From contig NKIO01000110.1 of NCBI GenBank assembly GCA_002255935.1, positions 1 to 6,304 on the forward strand: 6,304 nt of DNA, read 5' to 3'. Of the stretch, positions 1 through 3,702 are shown piece after piece. Below the pieces are notes generated by a model. The model was given only the letters and a program-made list of their open reading frames with translations, made no database searches and was not told where the DNA came from. Positions within the stretch are counted from its first letter, which is position 1. Every line of letters starts with the position of its first letter. Position numbers and translations under genes: made by a program. The DNA is from Comamonadaceae bacterium PBBC2 (GTDB lineage: Bacteria; Pseudomonadota; Gammaproteobacteria; Burkholderiales; Burkholderiaceae_C).

Positions 1-65
1 CTGAAGCTGAGGTGAACTACTACCGGCAGCTAGCCGGGAAGAACGAGACCGAGGTCTCAACTTAA
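1..65 (+). CDS. Possible 3' end of an upstream gene (unknown product), truncated by the window edge
   Basis: Frame +3 is open from the window edge (EAEVNYYRQLAGKNETEVST) to TAA at 63-65. The other two plus frames hit stops within the first 15 nt. With only 21 codons, coding status cannot be judged. Confidence 0.3.
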   Translation, partial: EAEVNYYRQLAGKNETEVST

Positions 66-101
66 ACCAACTGGCCTCCACGAAAACCGGGGCGATTCAC
101 A

Positions 102-476
102 GTGTTGGACTTGTGCAACTTAGTTGACACTGATCCCAAACGCAATCCAAATCCCAACAGCAAACTTGCTGGTGAAATCTTGCGTTGGTTAGACAGAGAT
201 GTAAATTCTGAACCTGGCTTTGGACCAGACATCAGTGCAGCAGGTGTGCCGCGCATACGTGGTACGAAAAGCAGATACACAAAAATTGAAAATCATCCAG
301 TTGTTGGCGTGCGTTTGCGTAAACACTGGCGACAGCGTGAAGCGTTGTCAAAAGCAGCACTTGAACTTATCTACGCAGAACCAGAAGAAGATGTGTTGAC
401 GGACGAACAACGGAAAAACCTGTACGCACGACGAGATGCATTGTCTGCAAGTAAGTTGCATCCTGAAAAAGATTAA
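102..476 (+). CDS. Hypothetical protein (about 124 aa), start uncertain
   Basis: This is a 375-nt ORF with a hydrophilic, non-repetitive translation (RWLDRDVNSEPGFGPD...EEDVLTDEQRKNLYARRDAL). It is convergent with the recombinase gene, and the two stop codons overlap in TTAA at 473-476. Against it: there is no in-frame ATG anywhere (only GTG102, TTG105, TTG111), there is no clear Shine-Dalgarno, and it is in the same frame as the upstream ORF across a single TAA (63-65). Confidence 0.45.
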   Translation: MLDLCNLVDTDPKRNPNPNSKLAGEILRWLDRDVNSEPGFGPDISAAGVPRIRGTKSRYTKIENHPVVGVRLRKHWRQREALSKAALELIYAEPEEDVLTDEQRKNLYARRDALSASKLHPEKD

Positions 477-1045
477 ACCAACTCAACAGCCTTACGCTTC
501 ACATCGTCATTGACTGTGATGTAGCGTTGTGTGGTTGCAATGCTCTTGTGTCCTGCCAAACTTGCGAGAACGAAAACACTAACGCCTTGTGATGCGAGAC
601 TGGTTAGAAATGTCTTGCGACCGCTGTGCGAACTGGCATTGCTAACACCCGCTTTTCGATACAACCAGTAAAAGTGCTGGGCGAGTGTGTTGGGCGAAAA
701 CGAGCAACGTGGTCCACGATGCGTTGGGAACAATGTCTGCGTTTCGTCAATCCAAGTTCGTGACTGAATGTAGTCTGCAAGTTCTTGCTGCAGGCGTGTG
801 TTCAGGTACACAGTACGTGCGTGATTGTGCTTGACGCGATGTGCTGCGAAAAACACTTCGGCACGTACTGTGCCATCTTCGTCACGCACATCGTTAATGG
901 TCAAGCCAGCAACTTCAGAAACACGCAGCCCTGCCATCGCTGTCAACAGAAACATCACCCTGTTGCGTTGTGCGTACGCAGTTGATGCGATGTGTTCAAG
1001 TACTTTGCTGATTTCTGCTTGTGTGAGTGATTTTGCTGCTGCCAT
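473..1045 (-). CDS. Tyrosine recombinase / phage-integrase-family protein, catalytic domain only (190 aa)
   Basis: The translation carries the canonical catalytic motifs in order: AGLRVSE (Arg I), VKHNHARTVYL (Lys in the beta-hairpin), HSGRKTF (His-x-x-Arg) and LAGHKSIATTQRY (His/Tyr nucleophile). I place the start at ATG 1045 because GGAGA (complement of 1051-1055) sits 5 nt upstream. The track start at 1087 has no such signal. An in-frame TAA (complement of 1157-1159) closes the frame upstream. Confidence 0.9.
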   Translation of the reverse strand: MAAAKSLTQAEISKVLEHIASTAYAQRNRVMFLLTAMAGLRVSEVAGLTINDVRDEDGTVRAEVFFAAHRVKHNHARTVYLNTRLQQELADYIQSRTWIDETQTLFPTHRGPRCSFSPNTLAQHFYWLYRKAGVSNASSHSGRKTFLTSLASQGVSVFVLASLAGHKSIATTQRYITVNDDVKRKAVELV

Positions 1046-1491
1046 TTTTATCTCCAAATAAATTACGTGAATTAAGTGTGCATTCATTGCTGCTGGTTGA
1101 GCAAGAATGTCCTGGCTCGTTGTCAGGTTGATGCTGTTCTGTTGAAAAACAAGTGGTTACGCTGTCGTCCACACAGTTCACACATTCTCTTTAGTCGTGT
1201 ATTTAATGTTCTGCTGGGTTGCGTTTGTTGTTTTGCAAACACGAAACATCAAAGTTGACGCACAAGCCCTACAACGCATTTTTTACCTGGGCCTTATACG
1301 TAGCGGACTAAAGGCTCAAATCAACAGCGCATAGGGCTGATTTGATGCATTGCTGAATGTGTGTGCTGAAATTCATCCCCTGCTTACAAAAAATTCTGCG
1401 CTGCAATTTTTACGTGGTGTGGTGATTTAGGTCTTTGGTGATTTGCTACAACACGACATTGAACAAACAAGTGGTCACACAAAAGTTTGAC

Positions 1492-1529
1492 TGATGTGAT
1501 GTGTGATGTGTGGTGTGTGGTGTGTGTGT
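1492..1529. repeat. TG-rich microsatellite: four tandem heptamers G(A/G)TGTGT plus partial units
   Basis: Direct reading gives tgatgt / gatgtgt (1498-1504) / gatgtgt (1505-1511) / ggtgtgt (1512-1518) / ggtgtgt (1519-1525) / gtgt. This is a 38-nt tract made only of T, G and three A. Confidence 0.9.
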
Positions 1530-1649
1530 AGCAAACTGCGTTTGCTTGTGTTTCGCTTGCGCTCACACCATTTGCTTCGCATACATTTAATTTGTAAGTG
1601 TTCAACAGCAGTTATCTAAATTTACTTGGATGCTTTTGGTAGATTCAAC

Positions 1650-1680
1650 CCACACTGAGCCAACACAGGGCTCAGTGTGG
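1650..1680. repeat. Perfect 12-bp inverted repeat around a 7-bp asymmetric spacer (CCACACTGAGCC aacacag GGCTCAGTGTGG); candidate recombinase core site, operator or RNA hairpin
   Basis: I checked it base by base: 1650-1661 is the exact reverse complement of 1669-1680, and the spacer is 1662-1668. It lies in ORF-free DNA about 600 bp from the recombinase start. No U-tract directly follows on either strand, so it is not a canonical terminator. Confidence 0.85.
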
Positions 1681-1848
1681 ATAGGACTCTTTTGGTGAGT
1701 TCGTTACCACAGCACTTCTGCACAACCATTGCTGGTAAGGGCGGTTTCGCTTTCTCCTTTTATGTGCTGCTTTGAAACGCAGCGTCTGCGATGGCTAAAG
1801 TGCCAACCTATCGCAGTGCTCGCAAGTTATCAGTTATTACTTGCTCGT

Positions 1849-1888
1849 GATGCACAGGTTGAACCTGTCATCTTTGTGCTAATTTTTT
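1849..1888 (+). terminator. Possible intrinsic terminator (plus strand) with no upstream ORF
   Basis: The hairpin gatg(c)acagg-ttgaa-cctgtcatc (1849-1872) has 9 bp with one bulged C and a 5-nt loop. It is followed by tttgtgctaatttttt. The opposite strand has no T-run after the stem. Confidence 0.3.
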
Positions 1889-2246
1889 CCTTTGTCAGTA
1901 ATAGGTGGCAAACCTTAACTCCACTGGTGAAAGTGATTTCGACAAATCTTTGCTACTGCTCAAATCTTCCTTCCCTGAGACACCGTTGTCCAGTTGTTGG
2001 GCGTCATAACAAGTGAGTGACGCGGCTCGTAATCAGTAGTGATAAATGGCAGCACAGAGACTGTGATTCGCTCTGCCTGTCAGTTTTATTTAGCAATGAC
2101 CAAAGAACTACCAGCAATTCGTGGGTGAATATTAGGTGGTTTTGTGTTGTTTTGGGTGAAAAAGTTTTGGCCGACAAATTCCGGTTGCTCTGAACAACGG
2201 TCCGACAATAAAGTTTGTTCATTGCTACACAGAAAGGACATCAGCA

Positions 2247-2687
2247 ATGAGCACTTTGAACACTTTGAAGTTGGTTGCATCGCAAAAGCCAACAAGTCTG
2301 CCACCCGTAATGCAACGCCGCAACAAATTAGTTCGACGTATTTGGGAACAGATTGAATTGGCCAAAGCAGAACAGGCAGGTACAACGTTTGCGCCCGTCA
2401 AGTTTCGTTCTTACACGGACAAAGAAACTGGTGCACGAAAGCAGGTTGAAACAAACAAGCGTGTCAAAGCGTGGTGGTTTATCGCAGACAACGGCAAGTT
2501 GGCATTGAGTGTGCGCTTTGGTCCAAAAGTTTTGGAACTGGCCAAGGGAAAGTTTGCTGTTGAAGTTGGTGCACGAAGCGACGTGGTCAACGTGCTGGAA
2601 GTTGTTAAAAAAGCGGTTGAGAACGGAGAACTTGACGCCGCAATTGACAACGCTGCAAAGAAACTGCGTGACGGGTTTGCGAAATGA
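2247..2687 (+). CDS. Hypothetical protein, 146 aa (first gene of the small-ORF operon)
   Basis: The ATG at 2247 is preceded by AAGGA (2234-2238) with an 8-nt spacer. The translation is balanced and protein-like (PPVMQRRNKLVRRIWEQIELAKAE...KAWWFIADNGKLALSVRFG...ENGELDAAIDNAAKKLRDGF). The overlapping antisense ORFs are Cys/Arg/Ser-rich junk. Confidence 0.8.
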   Translation: MSTLNTLKLVASQKPTSLPPVMQRRNKLVRRIWEQIELAKAEQAGTTFAPVKFRSYTDKETGARKQVETNKRVKAWWFIADNGKLALSVRFGPKVLELAKGKFAVEVGARSDVVNVLEVVKKAVENGELDAAIDNAAKKLRDGFAK

Positions 2688-2833
2688 AGCGCTGGCAATT
2701 ATGGGTGCGTGTGGCAAACGGCGCCACAGCACACACCATCGTGTTTGCCTGCAACGCATTTGATGCCAAGGCACTGGGTGAAATGCAGTATGGCACTGGC
2801 AACGTGTTGAACTACACGGAACTGGGTGACTGA
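2684..2833 (+). CDS. Small hypothetical protein, 49 aa (MKRWQLWVRVANGATAHTIVFACNAFDAKALGEMQYGTGNVLNYTELGD), absent from the ORF track
   Basis: The ATG at 2684-2686 overlaps the TGA at 2685-2687 of the upstream ORF (ATGA), which is the typical translational-coupling geometry. The frame stays open for 49 codons to TGA 2831-2833. The composition looks like a small globular protein. There is no independent SD. Confidence 0.5.
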   Translation: MKRWQLWVRVANGATAHTIVFACNAFDAKALGEMQYGTGNVLNYTELGD

Positions 2834-2835
2834 TC

Positions 2836-2884
2836 TGAGTTCTGTGTACGCACATTAAATACTTGATGCGTATTTCAGAACTCA
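2836..2884 (+). promoter_or_regulatory. Intercistronic stem-loop that sequesters the ATG at 2866
   Basis: 2836-2844 (tgagttctg) pairs perfectly with 2876-2884 (cagaactca), giving 9 bp. An inner 6-bp helix pairs 2847-2852 (tacgca) with 2867-2872 (tgcgta). The T and G of ATG 2866-2868 lie inside the inner helix. The apical loop is 14 nt. Confidence 0.45.
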
Positions 2885-3060
2885 ACATCAAACCCATCAA
2901 ACCTAAGCCACCTATGACCTTGCCGCAGGCACGCATAAACGGACTCAAACAGAACGTAGAACGTGACAAACAACGGTTGCAGCAAGAACGTGAACAGCAA
3001 CGACAGCAACGTGATGCAGAACGCAAACGCAATCAACAGCGTAAAGCAGCCGCGCTGTGA
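2866..3060 (+). CDS. Small highly charged Q/R/E/K-rich protein, 64 aa (alternative start ATG 2914, 48 aa)
   Basis: The ORF runs from ATG 2866 to TGA 3058-3060 and is predicted to be a long charged helix (NGLKQNVERDKQRLQQEREQQRQQRDAERKRNQQRK). Two perfect or near-perfect 9-nt tandem duplications (2886-2903 IKP-IKP; 2995-3012 QQR-QQR) keep this reading frame, which argues for coding constraint. No SD precedes either ATG. Confidence 0.55.
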   Translation: MRISELNIKPIKPKPPMTLPQARINGLKQNVERDKQRLQQEREQQRQQRDAERKRNQQRKAAAL

Positions 3061-3196
3061 CACGTTCAACTGCGTGACACTGCGTTTGAAACGTTGAATG
3101 CCTCAAAACTGTGCTGAATTGTGGCGTTCTTACGTGAAATCACAATGCATTTTGAAAAATGATGGAGACACCAATGACAGGTATAGTTGAAATACT

Positions 3197-3266
3197 TTTT
3201 TGCAGACGTGCATTTTTGTCAGCGACGCGAACAATGCACTACGCTGCACACCGCTTTTTGCAGACG
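3197..3266 (+). repeat. Two perfect 12-bp direct repeats TTTTTGCAGACG (3197-3208, 3255-3266) about 50-115 bp inside the att junction; possible arm-type or accessory protein-binding sites
   Basis: Both copies were read directly. They are 58 bp apart (start to start), in the same orientation, in non-coding DNA immediately island-side of the tRNA fragment. ATGCATT-type motifs also recur nearby (3145-3151, 3283-3289). Confidence 0.4.
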
Positions 3267-3312
3267 CTGTACAGCATTGAAAATGCATTGCATAGTTGTA
3301 TAGAGTTTTGCA

Positions 3313-3357
3313 CTTTTAATCCGTTTGTCGTGGGTTCGACCCCCGCTGGTCCCACCA
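3313..3357 (+). pseudogene. 3' half of tRNA-Lys(UUU), anticodon loop through CCA; no 5' half (att core / attR)
   Basis: It fits tRNA numbering exactly. The parts are anticodon loop cTTTTaa (3313-3319), anticodon-stem 3' strand tccgt, 5-nt variable loop ttgtc, T-stem gtggg, T-loop ttcgacc, cccgc, acceptor 3' strand tggtccc, discriminator a and cca (3355-3357). The required partners (ACGGA for the anticodon stem, GGGACCA for the acceptor) are absent upstream. Confidence 0.7.
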
Positions 3358-3365
3358 TCCATTGC

Positions 3366-3403
3366 AAAAAGCCACTTTGTGTCACCTCACAAAGTGGCTT
3401 TTT
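3366..3403. terminator. Bidirectional Rho-independent terminator
   Basis: A perfect 11-bp stem pairs gccactttgtg (3371-3381) with cacaaagtggc (3388-3398) around a 6-nt loop. It is flanked by AAAAA (3366-3370) and TTTTT (3399-3403). It sits directly after the tRNA fragment on the plus strand and downstream of the pyrB-pyrC'-acyltransferase operon on the minus strand. Confidence 0.8.
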
Positions 3404-3480
3404 CTTTGGCTCTGCAAAATACCTGCACGAGAAGTGTTGAAAGTCCCCCGGCGATTGCGCCAATCGCTCCGGGCCGCGCA

Positions 3481-3697
3481 GGAGACCCCACTGTGTTGGG
3501 CGATTCGGGGGCTAGTGGTCTGCTGGTGATCGCCGAACGAAGTTCAGCTCCTACAAAACACCGAGCCTCTGAAGCCTTGTGGGAGCCCAACTGTGTTGGG
3601 CGATTCGGGAGATAGTGGTTCGCTGGTGATTGCCGAACGAAGTTCAGCGCCTACAAAATACCGTGCCTTTGAAGCCTTGTGGGCGCTCCACTGGGTG
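3481..3697. repeat. Tandem direct repeat with an exact 100-bp period, about 2.1 copies, GC-rich, intergenic
   Basis: Unit 1 (3490-3589) and unit 2 (3590-3689) differ at 12 of 100 positions by hand alignment, with no indels. Partial unit-like ends occur at 3481-3489 and 3690-3697 (actg...). The array ends 5 nt before the acyltransferase stop codon. Confidence 0.85.
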
Positions 3698-3702
3698 AAC
3701 GC

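Larger units (their letters stand above)
1..3357. mobile_element. Right-hand portion of a low-GC integrative element (genomic island, or integrated plasmid- or satellite-like element) inserted in a tRNA-Lys gene; left end is outside the window
   Basis: Hand counts on sample lines give about 43-47% GC left of ~3440 and about 63% GC to the right. Island ORFs use A/C-rich codons, while the core genes are GC3-rich. A tyrosine recombinase gene lies inside. The segment ends exactly at a tRNA 3' half (3313-3357) followed by a native-looking terminator, which is the classic attR (P-O-B') layout. Confidence 0.65.

Noticed and set aside
45-58. GAGACC-GA-GGTCTC palindrome (two inverted BsaI sites), and ccggc-agcta-gccgg at 23-37
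   Set aside because: Both are short palindromes within the tail of a probable coding region. They have 2-5 nt loops and no flanking signal, so they are most simply coincidental. Nothing else suggests an engineered sequence.
1178-1279. 33-aa minus-strand ORF (MRCRACASTLMFRVCKTTNATQQNIKYTTKENV) with AGG 6 nt upstream of its ATG
   Set aside because: Its position upstream of the recombinase and the CxxC motif made it tempting. It is too short and compositionally odd to support without conservation or ribosome-profiling data.
1660-1668. 9-mer ctgtgttgg (reverse complement of 1660-1668, the palindrome centre) also begins each 100-bp repeat unit (3491-3499, 3591-3599)
   Set aside because: A 9-mer match between a 31-bp site and the window is expected about once by chance. 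The flanking bases do not match.
1676-1684. DnaA-box-like TGTGGATAG (8/9 to TGTGGATAA) overlapping the right arm of the palindrome
   Set aside because: It is a single 8/9 match, and about one such match is expected by chance in a window this size. There is no cluster of boxes or adjacent AT-rich unwinding element.
2119-2126. 8-mer tcgtgggt shared between the non-coding gap and the att core (3328-3335), considered as a hint of a guide or bridge-type RNA pairing with the target
   Set aside because: About one such 8-mer match is expected by chance. I found no extended or bipartite complementarity to the att core elsewhere in 1046-2246.
1179-2224. Long-range inverted repeats that could flank an invertible segment: cacacattc 1179-1187 with gaatgtgtg 1355-1363 (9/9); cattgaacaaac 1457-1468 with gtttgttcattg 2213-2224 (11/12); accgttgtcca 1982-1992 with tgaacaacggt 2191-2201 (10/11)
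   Set aside because: My rough expectation for matches of this length in 1.2 kb is about 1-3 by chance, so they are not evidence on their own. They remain usable as PCR targets if inversion is tested.
1076-2385. Track ORFs inside the gap (1076-1258 +, 1384-1605 -, 1729-2016 +, 2004-2222 -, 2086-2385 -, 2144-2356 +)
   Set aside because: All are Cys/Trp/His-rich or low-complexity and none has an SD. 1384-1605 is read through the TG microsatellite (HTTHHTSHITS). 1729-2016 is bisected by the terminator-like hairpin. I treat the region as non-coding.
2328-3032. 234-aa minus-strand ORF overlapping the small-ORF operon
   Set aside because: The translation is packed with Cys, Arg and Ser (RCCRCCSRSCCNRC...) and has no SD. 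The plus-strand frames give protein-like sequences, an ATGA coupling and frame-preserving 9-nt duplications.
3282-3357. Attempt to fold a complete tRNA ending at CCA 3355-3357
   Set aside because: The 5' acceptor (need GGGACCA, found aatgcat) and the anticodon-stem 5' strand (need ACGGA, found ttgca) do not pair. There is a faint D-arm-like string (catagttgtatagag), but no cloverleaf can be built. Only the 3' half is tRNA.
3159-3440. 93-aa plus-strand ORF (and antisense ORFs 3239-3463, 3325-3615, 3387-3590)
   Set aside because: They run straight through the tRNA fragment, the 11-bp terminator stem or the tandem repeat. Their composition is junk-like and they have no RBS.
3481-3697. CRISPR array
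   Set aside because: The repeat units are 100 bp and directly abutting with no unique spacers. No cas genes or leader are present.
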